The translations under genes were made by a program, and so were the position numbers. A stretch of DNA of 64,000 nt. It comes from Candidatus Acidiferrales bacterium (GTDB lineage: Bacteria; Acidobacteriota; Terriglobia; Acidiferrales; UBA7541). Every line of letters starts with the position of its first letter. The stretch's first letter is position 1. Shown here in pieces: positions 1 through 9,761 of the stretch. The notes under the pieces were generated by a model, which was not told the DNA's origin, searched no databases, and worked only from the letters and a program-made list of their open reading frames with translations. Where the stretch lies: NCBI GenBank assembly GCA_963741365.1, contig CAVUHY010000017.1, positions 2,444 to 66,443 on the forward strand. Direction: 5' to 3'.

Positions 1-1481
1 GCTGATCCGGTGGCATTCCCGGGAATCGTGCAGTCGCTGGCTGCACTGGTGCAGCGGCATGAGCTCGCATTTGGCGCGCCGATACTTACTGTGATTGGAT
101 TACTTCTCTTTGTGGGAGCCACGGGTAAATCGGCGCAGATTCCTCTGTACGTGTGGCTGCCGGATGCGATGGAAGGGCCGACACCGGTCAGCGCATTGAT
201 CCACGCAGCCACCATGGTCACGGCCGGCGTGTACATGGTCGCGCGGATGAATGCGATCTATCAGCTTGCGCCGATCGCCATGGATCTGATTGCGATCGGT
301 CGGAGCTATGACGGCGATCTTATGCCGCGTCCATGGCACTGGTGCAGACGGATATCAAGAAAGTGCTCGCGTATTCCACAATTAGCCAGCTAGGGTACAT
401 GTTTCTGGCGCTGGGCGTTGGCGCGTTTGCCGCGGGAATTTTCCACCTGATGACCCATGCATTCTTCAAAGCCCTGCTGTTCCTGGGCGCCGGCAGCGTG
501 ATCCATTCGCTTTCCGGCGAGCAGGATCTTCGCAAGATGGGAGGAATGTGGAACGCCATTCCGGCTACTTCGCGGCCTTTTCTAATCGCTACCCTGGCCA
601 TTGCGGGTATGCCGCCGTTCGCTGGATTTTTCAGCAAAGACGAAATTCTGGGGCACACCTTTCATCGTTCACAGATGATGGATCGTTATTTGTTCCTGTG
701 GATCGTGGGACTGATCACCGCGGGGCTCACGGCCTTTTACATGTCGCGGCTACTGTTCCTCACATTTTTTGGGAGGTCGCGCGTCCCGCCCGAAGTGGAG
801 TCGCACATTCACGAATCGCCACCGACGATGACGGTGCCCTTGATGATCCTGGCCTTTCTCTCGATCATCGGCGGCTGGTTTGCGCTTCCCGTGCTGTGGG
901 GAGAGAAAAACACCTTCGGCCAATTCCTTGCGCCGGTCTTAGGTGGCGTGGAGCCGGAAACGGCAGCTGTTGAGCTTGGGAAGCACACACTTTTCAAGGA
1001 ATACTTGTTGATGGCGGTATCGGTGGCCATGGCCGCAGCAGGGATTTGGCTGGCGTACCAGGTTTTCCTGGCAAGGCCGAAGTTGCACGAAAAGATTGCG
1101 GCTCTGTGGCCGCGATTGCACAGCCTGTTGTTGCACAAATATTACGTCGACGAAATTTACGATGCGCTGTTCGTGAATCGCATCGAAGACCTAAGCATTG
1201 CGTTAGGACTGGTGGACGCGAAGATTATCGACGGCCTCGGTGTCGACGGCGCCGGTTGGCTCTCACGATTTCTGTCTCGCGTTTCCATGTGGTGGGACAA
1301 GTGGATTATCGACGGGCTGGTCAATCTAACCGGTAAATTTATACGATCGCTCAGCGTGCCCATCCGGATGTTGCAGACGGGTGTGTTTTCTTCTTACGCC
1401 ATGTGGATGCTGCTGGGGTTGGCAATTTTGCTGGGGTATTACGGGCATCACATGCAGGTTTGGGTGCGCAATCTGCGCTGA
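1..1481 (+). CDS. nuoL: NADH-quinone oxidoreductase subunit L (cluster 1), 5'-partial, apparent frameshift near 300-335
   Basis: ORFs 10..393 ([32 protein letters not shown]) and 333..1481 ([30 protein letters not shown]) are consecutive parts of NuoL. Confidence 0.93.
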
Positions 1482-1493
1482 AAGGGTTAAGGC

Positions 1494-3082
1494 ATGGGGC
1501 ACTTGTTCGATACACATCTACTCAGCGTGATCTTGTTTACGCCGTTTGTGGGCGCGCTGCTGCTCATGTTTATTCCGCGGGAGTCGCTCTCGACGCATCG
1601 CCTCGTCGGCAATTTGTTTGGCGTACTGGGATTCGTGGTTTCCATTCCGCTGGTACTGCGTTTTCCCGTGGGCAGTGAAGGTTACAATTTTCGTGAAACG
1701 GCCGACTGGATCCCCAGCATCGGCGCGAAATATTCACTTGGGATAGACGGCATCAGCTTCTTGCTGGTCATGCTCACCACTTTTCTCGGGATGATCGCGA
1801 TTCTTTCTTCCTGGAATGCGATTCAGATGCGCACCAAGGAGTACTACATTTTGCTGCTGTTGCTCCAGACGGGTATGCTTGGGGTGTTCGTGTCGCTGGA
1901 CTTCTTCCTCTTTTACGTTTTTTGGGAAGTGATGCTCGTGCCCATGTATTTTCTGATTGGCGTGTGGGGCAGCGATCGCGCGTCTATACGCCGCCATCAA
2001 GTTTTTTCTCTACACCCTGGCCGGTTCCGTCATCATGTTGCTGGCCATCCTCGCCCTATATTTCAATCACGCTAACGCTGCCGCCGGATTCCATAGCCAC
2101 ATTCGATATTCCGACACTGCTGGGCGCTGCGCAGCATTTTCCCGATTCTCTGAAGGTATGGTTATTCTGGGGATTTTTCTTCGCGTTCGCGATCAAGGTG
2201 CCGATGTTCCCGTTCCACACCTGGCTGCCTGATGCGCACACGGAAGCGCCGACGGCGGGTTCGGTCATACTGGCCGGCGTTTTGTTAAAGATGGGAACGT
2301 ACGGGTTCCTGAGACTTTCACTTCCGATGCTGCCGAAGGACCCACAGCTTGCGGCGAAGATCATCCACATCCTAGTGGCTCTTTCGCTGGTGGGAATCGT
2401 TTACGGCGCCATCGTCTGCCTGATGCAGAAAGACATGAAGCGGCTGATCGCTTACAGTTCCGTCAGCCATCTCGGCTTCTGCACGCTGGGAATTTTCGCT
2501 CTTACGCCGCAAGGACTTTCCGGCAGCGTGTTGCAGCAGGTCAACCATGGAATTTCGACTGGAGCGCTGTTTCTTCTGGTCGGATTTCTCTATGAGAGGC
2601 GGCACACCCGCTTGATTTCTGAATTCGGCGGGTTGGCCACGCCGATGCCGAACTTCGCGGCCGTGTATCTCATCATCAGTCTCAGTTCGCTGGGGATGCC
2701 GTTGCTGAACGGTTTCATCGGAGAGTTCACGATTCTGCAGGGTGCTTTCGTCGTGAATAGAGCCTGGGCGGCCTGGGGCACACTGGGCATCGTTTTGGGC
2801 GCTGCTTATCTGTTGTGGCTCTACCAACGCACCATGTTTGGTGCGGTCACGCACGAAGTGAACAAGACGCTGAAGGATTTGAGCCCGCGCGAGTATGTTG
2901 TCATTCTGCCCCTGGTTTTTCTGGCGTTCTGGATCGGCATCTATCCGAAGCCGTTTTTCGCTTATATCGAAAAGCCGGTGCAGAAGATCGTCGAGCAGGT
3001 GAACCCGCGCTTCTATGAACAAGCAAAGCAAGTGACGTCGACCGAAGTACCTGCCGCTCCGGCGAACGTGGAGATCAAGTAG
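1494..3082 (+). CDS. nuoM: NADH-quinone oxidoreductase subunit M (cluster 1), apparent frameshift near 1980
   Basis: ORF 1494..2075 (FWEVMLVPMYFLIGVWG) continues through YAAIKFFLYTLAGS into ORF 1922..3082 (PFHTWLPDAHTEAPTAGSVILAGVLLKMG). Confidence 0.93.
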
Positions 3083-3090
3083 GGACCTTC

Positions 3091-4611
3091 ATGCACTCCT
3101 TTCTTGATCCAATCTTGAATTATATCCACGGCGATGGACTTGCCATCCTGCCGCAGATGGAACTTCTGTTGTTCGCTCTGGGCATTCTCATCTTCGATTT
3201 CCTGCTGGAGAAGAACGAAAAGCATCTCAATGCGTATCTTGCTCTGCTCGGCGTGGCCGCCAGCGCGCTCGGGCTGGTCATGCAATACAGAAAGTTCGCA
3301 GAGCTTACCGGCAGTACAAAGGGGTCCTCTCCGTTTCCCGGTTTCCACAACACCGTAATTATCGACGGCTTCTCTCTGATCTTCGCGATGTTGTTTCTTG
3401 CCGCCACTGGACTGGTCATCGTACTTTCGATGCGATTCCTGGATATCGAGCGCGAGCAGGAAGGCGAATACTACGCCCTGATCCTGCTGGCGTGCATCGG
3501 CATGATGTTTATGTCGTCCGGCATCGACCTGATTGTGCTGTTCCTGGGCCTGGAGACGATGGCGCTCAGCTTCTACGTGCTCACAGGCTTTCTGCGCCGC
3601 AACAAACGTTCCAACGAAGCCGCCCTGAAATATCTTTTGCTTGGCGCGTTCAGCACGGGAATCCTCACGTACGGTTTCTCGCTGCTCTACGGCGTCAGCA
3701 GTTCCACCAACGTAATCCAGATTGGCGACATTCTTGAGCGGCGGCTGCGATACACCTCCGCGCACAGCCTGATCGACTGGCTGATGATTCTTGCGTTCGT
3801 CACCGTGGCCGCCGGAATGTTTTTCAAGATTGCCGCGGTGCCTTTTCACCAGTGGGCACCGGATGTGTATCAGGGAGCTCCCACGCCGATCTCCGCGTAC
3901 GTCAGCGTGGCCTCGAAGACGGCGAGTTTCGCGATGCTGCTTCGTTTGTTAACCAGCGTGTTCGTCGCATCGCAGCCGACATGGATCTTCGCGATTGCCG
4001 GCGTGGCCATCGCGTCGCTTACCTGGGGGAATCTTGCGGCGCTGACGCAGAACAATTTGAAGCGACTGCTGGCGTATTCCTCCATCTCTCACGTGGGCTA
4101 CATCCTGCTGGGCATCGTGGCGTGGAATGAAATCGGGATCGTGGGTTTCTTTTATTACCTGATTGCGTACGCGTTCATGACCATCGGGGCGTTTGCGATT
4201 ATCGTGGTGCTGCGCCAGCGCGGACTGATCGGCGACGAAATCGATGATCTGGACGGTCTTTACCAGCGCAGTCCCGGCGCGGCCCTATTGCTTCTGGTGT
4301 TCATGTTGTCGCTGGCGGGCATTCCGCCCACCGCAGGCTTCCTGGGGAAGTATTTTATTTTCCAGGGACTGATTCAGGCGCATCATCCGGTGCTCGCCGT
4401 CTTCGCAGCGCTCTATATCGTGCCCGCGGTCTACTATTATTTCCGGATCATCGTGCACGCATGGCTAAAGAAGCCCGGAGTGGATTCGCCGATACCGGTG
4501 ATCAGCTTCGGTCAGCTCTTTGTATTGATTGTCACTGTGTTTGTAACTCTTGCCGCGGGCTTGTATCCTGAACCCTTCACGCATCTAGCTCGCTATGCCA
4601 TCCGACCATAA
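3091..4611 (+). CDS. nuoN: NADH-quinone oxidoreductase subunit N (cluster 1)
   Basis: SNEAALKYLLLGA, FKIAAVPFHQWAPDVYQGAPTP and KRLLAYSSISH motifs; 506-aa membrane protein after nuoM. Confidence 0.95.
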   Translation: MHSFLDPILNYIHGDGLAILPQMELLLFALGILIFDFLLEKNEKHLNAYLALLGVAASALGLVMQYRKFAELTGSTKGSSPFPGFHNTVIIDGFSLIFAMLFLAATGLVIVLSMRFLDIEREQEGEYYALILLACIGMMFMSSGIDLIVLFLGLETMALSFYVLTGFLRRNKRSNEAALKYLLLGAFSTGILTYGFSLLYGVSSSTNVIQIGDILERRLRYTSAHSLIDWLMILAFVTVAAGMFFKIAAVPFHQWAPDVYQGAPTPISAYVSVASKTASFAMLLRLLTSVFVASQPTWIFAIAGVAIASLTWGNLAALTQNNLKRLLAYSSISHVGYILLGIVAWNEIGIVGFFYYLIAYAFMTIGAFAIIVVLRQRGLIGDEIDDLDGLYQRSPGAALLLLVFMLSLAGIPPTAGFLGKYFIFQGLIQAHHPVLAVFAALYIVPAVYYYFRIIVHAWLKKPGVDSPIPVISFGQLFVLIVTVFVTLAAGLYPEPFTHLARYAIRP

Positions 4612-4846
4612 CGAAACGCGCGAACCTGATTTGCCTCCCGCCGCGGAGAAGGCCAAGAACGTCTCGCAGCAGTTCGCGATGGCGACAGAATTGCCGTTTA
4701 TTCTCGTAGGTACGATTGCGGTTGGCGGGGGGCTCGGTTATCTTCTGGATGGCTGGCTGCATACCAAGCCGATTCTGATGATCGTAATGGGTTTCCTGGG
4801 ATTTTTCGGCGGACTGCGGGAAGTGTTGCGACGTTTGCCGGAGTGA
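4595..4846 (+). CDS. AtpZ/AtpI-family small membrane protein
   Basis: 83 aa, two TM helices, GYLLDGWLHTKP motif; first gene of the F0 cluster. Confidence 0.8.
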   Translation: MPSDHNETREPDLPPAAEKAKNVSQQFAMATELPFILVGTIAVGGGLGYLLDGWLHTKPILMIVMGFLGFFGGLREVLRRLPE

Positions 4847-4910
4847 GGGGATAGGCGTGCGATGGGTGAAAACACTGCGCACATTTGAAGAGTTGCTGAT
4901 GTAAGAGTTG

Positions 4911-4937
4911 AGGTCCTTCGCTGCGCTCAGGATGACA
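4911..4937. repeat. REP/MITE-like short repeat remnant
   Basis: AGGTCCTTCGCTGCGCTCAGGATGACA resembles one arm of the common GTCATCCTGAGCGCAGCGAAGGA intergenic palindrome family; a degenerate relative lies at ~23516-23547. Confidence 0.5.
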
Positions 4938-4962
4938 ATCTTAAGAATAATTTGGATGACAC

Positions 4963-5391
4963 TTGAGTCTCGACGTGGCAGATCGACCGGCTGACATCTC
5001 GCGTCACCTGCAATCGGAGGCGCGAATTGGGCAACTCACGTTGATCCTTGGCGCTTTCGCCGCACTTCCTGTCGGCTATTTTTATGGATGGCGTTGGGGA
5101 CTTGGAATTCTCACCGGAGCGGTGCTGGCTTGGTTCAATTTTCGCTGGTTGCAAAAGGGGTTGGACGCTCTAGCGGCGTCGGCAATGGAGCAAGCCGGGC
5201 ACGGAAAGGCCATCGTACCCTTCGGTACTTACTTCAAAGCGGTATTTCGCTACCTGTTGATAGGCGTGGCGGTCTATGTTATTTTTAAATTGCTAAACGT
5301 TCCCGTTCTAAGCATGATTTTTGGATTGTGCGCCCTAGGAGCGGCCACGTTTGCGGTTAGTGTGCACGAAATACTGCATTCTCCGGACTGA
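4963..5391 (+). CDS. atpI: ATP synthase protein I
   Basis: Four-TM hydrophobic protein (G..LAWFNFRWL) immediately upstream of atpB. Confidence 0.75.
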   Translation: MSLDVADRPADISRHLQSEARIGQLTLILGAFAALPVGYFYGWRWGLGILTGAVLAWFNFRWLQKGLDALAASAMEQAGHGKAIVPFGTYFKAVFRYLLIGVAVYVIFKLLNVPVLSMIFGLCALGAATFAVSVHEILHSPD

Positions 5392-5394
5392 CAA

Positions 5395-6210
5395 ATGGAA
5401 GAACACGTAAAGCCGATAACAGAGTGGTTCAATCACGTTTTTGCGCCAGTGGCGTTGCGGCTATTGCATTTTTTAGGCTTGCAGCCCGCCGACTACGAGC
5501 GCCCGATACCTGAGTACATGGTGATGTGCATTATCACCCTAGTCGTTGGAACGATGTTCGCCGTGCTTGTTCGATCGCGGCTTTCGGTCGACCGCCCCGG
5601 TGCTGTTCAACAAGTGGCCGAGCTGCTTCTAACGAATCCGCTCGGCTTCGGCATAAAGGATCTTCTTGAAGAGAACGCCGGGCATCACGCCACCCGATAT
5701 ATTGCGTTCACCGGCTCGATTTCGATATTTATCCTGCTGGCAAATCTGCTCGGCGTGCTGCCGAGTTTTACGTCGCCGACCAGCAGTTATATCGTCACGC
5801 TGGGCTGTGCGATTCTAACGTTTCTCTATTTCAACTGGCAGGGTCTCCGCCATCACGGTCCTGTAGGTTACTTGAAGACATTTGCCGGCCCGGTGTGGTG
5901 GTTGTCCTGGCTCATCGCTCCGGTTGAGATCATCAGCGCCACAGCTCGCGTGCTATCCCTGACCGTTCGTCTTTGGGCCAACATTTTCGCCAGCGATTTG
6001 ATTTATATGATTTTTCTGGGGCTGTTGATTGCGCCGGTGCAGTGGGGCTGGGCAAAGCATCCGTTGCTTGGTCTGGGGTTCGCCATATTCCCGGTATTGA
6101 TTCCCATACTGTTTGTCGGCTTGCACGTCTTCGTTTCGATTATTCAGGCGTACGTGTTCACGGTGCTCCCTTCGATCTATATCGGGCAGGCGGTAACCGA
6201 AGAACACTAA
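5395..6210 (+). CDS. atpB: F0F1 ATP synthase subunit a
   Basis: ARVLSLTVRLWANIFA and IQAYVFTVL motifs with the conserved Arg. Confidence 0.95.
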   Translation: MEEHVKPITEWFNHVFAPVALRLLHFLGLQPADYERPIPEYMVMCIITLVVGTMFAVLVRSRLSVDRPGAVQQVAELLLTNPLGFGIKDLLEENAGHHATRYIAFTGSISIFILLANLLGVLPSFTSPTSSYIVTLGCAILTFLYFNWQGLRHHGPVGYLKTFAGPVWWLSWLIAPVEIISATARVLSLTVRLWANIFASDLIYMIFLGLLIAPVQWGWAKHPLLGLGFAIFPVLIPILFVGLHVFVSIIQAYVFTVLPSIYIGQAVTEEH

Positions 6211-6306
6211 GATTTGGGCCGAAAAGTTTTGCCGCAACAGCGTGAGACCGGTTGTTGTACGTGGAACCGGGAACCACCCACTGGCGGTAATTCCAAGGAG
6301 GAAGCA

Positions 6307-6618
6307 ATGAAGAAGTCAGCAATCATTCCGTCGGCTCTCACAGCACTCGTGCTGTTTGCGCCCGCCGCTTTTGCACAGGAAGCAGGCGGAGCAGCATCAT
6401 CTGGAAAGGGAACGATGGCCATCGCCGCGGCGTTTGGTATGGCACTCGCGGCATTCGGCGGCGCGCTCGGCCAAGCCAGGGTAGCATCCAGCGCTTGCGA
6501 AGGCATGGCGCGCAATCCCGGCGCTTCCGCGAACATCCGCACCGCCATGATTTTGGGCCTGGTGTTCATCGAAACCCTGGCGCTGTTCACCCTCGCGATT
6601 ATTTTCGCCAAGGTCTAA
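6307..6618 (+). CDS. atpE: F0F1 ATP synthase subunit c with N-terminal signal-like extension
   Basis: GGALGQ...ARNPGA...FIETLALF; ATG at 6307 preceded by an AAGGAGG RBS. Confidence 0.95.
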   Translation: MKKSAIIPSALTALVLFAPAAFAQEAGGAASSGKGTMAIAAAFGMALAAFGGALGQARVASSACEGMARNPGASANIRTAMILGLVFIETLALFTLAIIFAKV

Positions 6619-6640
6619 TCGGACCGTTTGGGTTTGCGAG

Positions 6641-6679
6641 AACGCCCGCTTCGGAATTCCGAGGCGGGCGTTTTCTTTT
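6641..6679. terminator. Rho-independent terminator between convergent atpE and nuoN
   Basis: AACGCCCGCTTCGG-AATT-CCGAGGCGGGCGTT hairpin followed by TTCTTTT. Confidence 0.85.
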
Positions 6680-6708
6680 GGAATCGAGAGCGTTTCAGTG
6701 TCGAGAAA

Positions 6709-8172
6709 TCAACGAGCGGAGAGCATAAGGCCCTGCGACAGCGCCAGGCCCAACACGTAATTGGGCGCTAGGCCGAGGTAGAGAGTGGCCAGAACGGCGA
6801 CGGCAACCACCATTGCTGCCGTGGCGCTGAGACTGCCGGGCGCATCAGCCGGAACTGGGCCCTTATAATTGTGCATGTACATCACCACGATGATGCGCAG
6901 GTAGTAGTAAGCGCCGATGATACTGTTCACGGCCATCAGCACTGCCAGCCAGATTAGATTGGAATGAATCGCGGCAGTGAAGATGTACAGCTTTCCAAAG
7001 AAGCCAGCGGTAATTGGCAAGCCGAGGAAGGAAAGAAGGAACAGGCTGAGCGCAGCCGCGGTGACTGGCTGACGCGTGCCGAGTCCCGCAAAATCGTCAA
7101 CGTTGAGGTAGCGCTCACCGTGGCCGCCGAGATCGGAAACAATCGTGAAGGCGCCCACGGAAACCAATGAATAGCTCAAGAGATAAAAGAGCACAGCGGC
7201 GTAGGCCTGCGAAGCTCCCGCTTGGACGTCAGCCTTCGCAAACGTGACCGCTGCAAGCGCCACGACGATGTAACCGGCGTGCGCGATGGAACTGTAGGCC
7301 AGCAGGCGCTTGATATTCGATTGCACGAGCGCGCCGAGATTGCCGACAAACATGGTCAGCGCGGCGAGAATCCAGAAAGCCCAGAACCAGTAGCCGGTGG
7401 CAGCGTCGACACTGGCAAATATACGGAGCAGGAGGGCGAATGAAGCGGCTTTTGGCCCAGCGGAAAAGAGCGCGGTAACTGGCGTTGGTGCCCCCTCGTA
7501 GACGTCAGGGGTCCAGATCTGGAAAGGCGCAAGCGCTACCTTGAATCCCAAACCGATCAGGATCAGCGTCAAGCCAAGGCGCAGGATGGTACTGGAAGAA
7601 TCGGCGGTGGCCAGCTTCATCAGATTGGTGGTGCCGGTGATGCCGTAGACCATGGCGATACCGTAGAGGAAAAATGCCGTGGCGAACGAGCCAAGCAGGA
7701 AATATTTCATCGCGGATTCGCTGGACTTGATGGATTCGCGCCGGTAACCCGCCAGAATGTAACTGGAGATCGAAGACATTTCCAAACCAATGAAGGCCGT
7801 CAGCAATTCCTGCGCGGATGCGAGCACGCCCATGCCGGCGGTGGCAAAGAGAATCAACGCGTAAAATTCGGCAGCGTCCAGTTTTTCGCGCTCGAGGTAA
7901 GAATCCGAAGCGAGAATTACCAGGAATGCGACCAGGCCGACCAGCCAGTGAAAAAACAGGCTGAACAGGTCGAACTGAATCAACCCGCCAAATCCCGTAC
8001 CCGGAATGCCAAAAAATGTGCTGAGCGTTCCCAGTGCCGCTCCCACCATTGCGAGGAGCGTGAGCCCTTGCCGGTTCTTGAGAAACGGCTGTAAGAGCAT
8101 CAGCAACACGCCAACGCCGCACCAGATCAGCTCAGACAGTACCCGAAGAATATCTCCTATTTGCGGAATCAT
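6709..8172 (-). CDS. nuoN: NADH-quinone oxidoreductase subunit N (cluster 2)
   Basis: ESAMKYFLLGS, GFKVALAPFQIWTPDVYEGAPTP and KRLLAYSSIAHAGY motifs. Confidence 0.95.
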   Translation of the reverse strand: MIPQIGDILRVLSELIWCGVGVLLMLLQPFLKNRQGLTLLAMVGAALGTLSTFFGIPGTGFGGLIQFDLFSLFFHWLVGLVAFLVILASDSYLEREKLDAAEFYALILFATAGMGVLASAQELLTAFIGLEMSSISSYILAGYRRESIKSSESAMKYFLLGSFATAFFLYGIAMVYGITGTTNLMKLATADSSSTILRLGLTLILIGLGFKVALAPFQIWTPDVYEGAPTPVTALFSAGPKAASFALLLRIFASVDAATGYWFWAFWILAALTMFVGNLGALVQSNIKRLLAYSSIAHAGYIVVALAAVTFAKADVQAGASQAYAAVLFYLLSYSLVSVGAFTIVSDLGGHGERYLNVDDFAGLGTRQPVTAAALSLFLLSFLGLPITAGFFGKLYIFTAAIHSNLIWLAVLMAVNSIIGAYYYLRIIVVMYMHNYKGPVPADAPGSLSATAAMVVAVAVLATLYLGLAPNYVLGLALSQGLMLSAR

Positions 8173-9761
8173 CAGCGACCTGCCAACCTTTCCGTCGATA
8201 ATTGCGCCGCATTTGCGGCGGAGCCGCCGGCTAGCCTCGGTGCCACAGACGGCGCGGCGGCTTCATGCAATACGTTATGATTCATTTGTTGGAGGACACT
8301 CTTACACGACGCTGTAATGCGACGCGTGAAGAAGGGCGACTGCACACCCATCCAGATGATGACCACTGCCAGAGCAACTAGCAGCCACTTTTCGCGAGCC
8401 GAAGTATCGGCCAGTTCCTTGTTCTTGGCGTGGGTCACTTCGCCAAAAAATACCCGTTGAAACGCCCAAAGCAAATAGCACGCGGAAAGAATCACGCCGG
8501 TTGCGGCCCATGCGGCCCAGGTCCAATGAACTTGATACGTGCCCAGCAGAATCAGATATTCGCCCACGAAGCCGTTGAGCAGCGGCAATCCCAATGAGGA
8601 GAGTGCGACGAACAGGAAGAACGCGGCGAGCCGAGGCATCGGCGTGGCCAACCCGCCGTACTCGGAGATTTCAAACGTGTGCCGGCGGTCGTACAACATG
8701 CCCACCAGTAAAAACAGCGCACCTGTGGAGATGCCGTGCGCCAGCATTTGGAACACCGCGCCCTGCATGGCAAGGTTTTGGAACGCGAATATCCCCACCA
8801 CCACGAAACCCAAGTGGCTGACGGAAGAATACGCCACCAGCTTTTTCAGATTGGGCTGGACCAGGGCCACCAGCGCTCCATAGATGATGCCGATAATCGC
8901 GAGCGCGCCGACCCATGGGGCCGCGCGGTGCGAGGCATCGGGAAACAGCGGCAGGCAGAAGCGAATCATGCCATACGTGCCCATCTTCAGAAGTACGCCG
9001 GCCAGGATGATAGAGCCGGCCGTGGGTGCTTCCACGTGCGCGTCGGGCAGCCAGGTGTGAAGAGGGAAGAGCGGCACTTTAATGGCAAAGGCCACAAAGA
9101 ACGCCAGAAAGAGCAACATTTCGGTGCGCGCCGGCAACAGCAGCGTTCCTGTTTGAAGCAGGTGCTGAATGATGGGGAGGTCAAAGGTACCAGATGAATT
9201 GTAGAGCCAGATGATGCCGACCAGCATCAGGATGGAACCGGCCATCGTGTAGAGTACAAACTTGACGGCGGCGTAGATGCGACGGTCGTGGCCCCAGATT
9301 CCGATAAGGAACGCCATGGGGATCAGCATGATTTCCCAGAAAACGAAGAATAGGAACATGTCCAGTGAGAAGAACACGCCAATCACGCCGACTTCCAGCA
9401 GCAACAGCATGATGTGGAATTCCTTCAACCGGTGATGCACGCCTTTCCACGAAGCCAGCACGCAGATGGGCGTCAAGAAGGTGGTAAGGATCACCAGAAA
9501 CATGCTGATGCCGTCGACACCGAGGTGATAGTTGATGGGTGGCGCGACAATCCACTTATTGAATTCCTCGAGCGAATATCCCGGCACACCAATGTTCACG
9601 GCCCAAAGAAGCAACAGCGAAAAGAAAAACTCCACGATTGAGATGACGAAGGTCAACCGGCGGATCCAGAGTTCGTCGTCGGCTTTTAGCAACAAGAGCG
9701 CAAGCGCGCCGAACCCCGGGAAGAAAATCAGAACGGAGAGAAGGTGGCCACTGGGTATCAT
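8172..9761 (-). CDS. nuoM: NADH-quinone oxidoreductase subunit M (cluster 2)
   Basis: PLHTWLPDAHVEAPTAGS motif; likely start is the ATG at 9761 overlapping the nuoL stop (TAATG), not 10115. Confidence 0.95.
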   Translation of the reverse strand: MIPSGHLLSVLIFFPGFGALALLLLKADDELWIRRLTFVISIVEFFFSLLLLWAVNIGVPGYSLEEFNKWIVAPPINYHLGVDGISMFLVILTTFLTPICVLASWKGVHHRLKEFHIMLLLLEVGVIGVFFSLDMFLFFVFWEIMLIPMAFLIGIWGHDRRIYAAVKFVLYTMAGSILMLVGIIWLYNSSGTFDLPIIQHLLQTGTLLLPARTEMLLFLAFFVAFAIKVPLFPLHTWLPDAHVEAPTAGSIILAGVLLKMGTYGMIRFCLPLFPDASHRAAPWVGALAIIGIIYGALVALVQPNLKKLVAYSSVSHLGFVVVGIFAFQNLAMQGAVFQMLAHGISTGALFLLVGMLYDRRHTFEISEYGGLATPMPRLAAFFLFVALSSLGLPLLNGFVGEYLILLGTYQVHWTWAAWAATGVILSACYLLWAFQRVFFGEVTHAKNKELADTSAREKWLLVALAVVIIWMGVQSPFFTRRITASCKSVLQQMNHNVLHEAAAPSVAPRLAGGSAANAAQLSTERLAGR

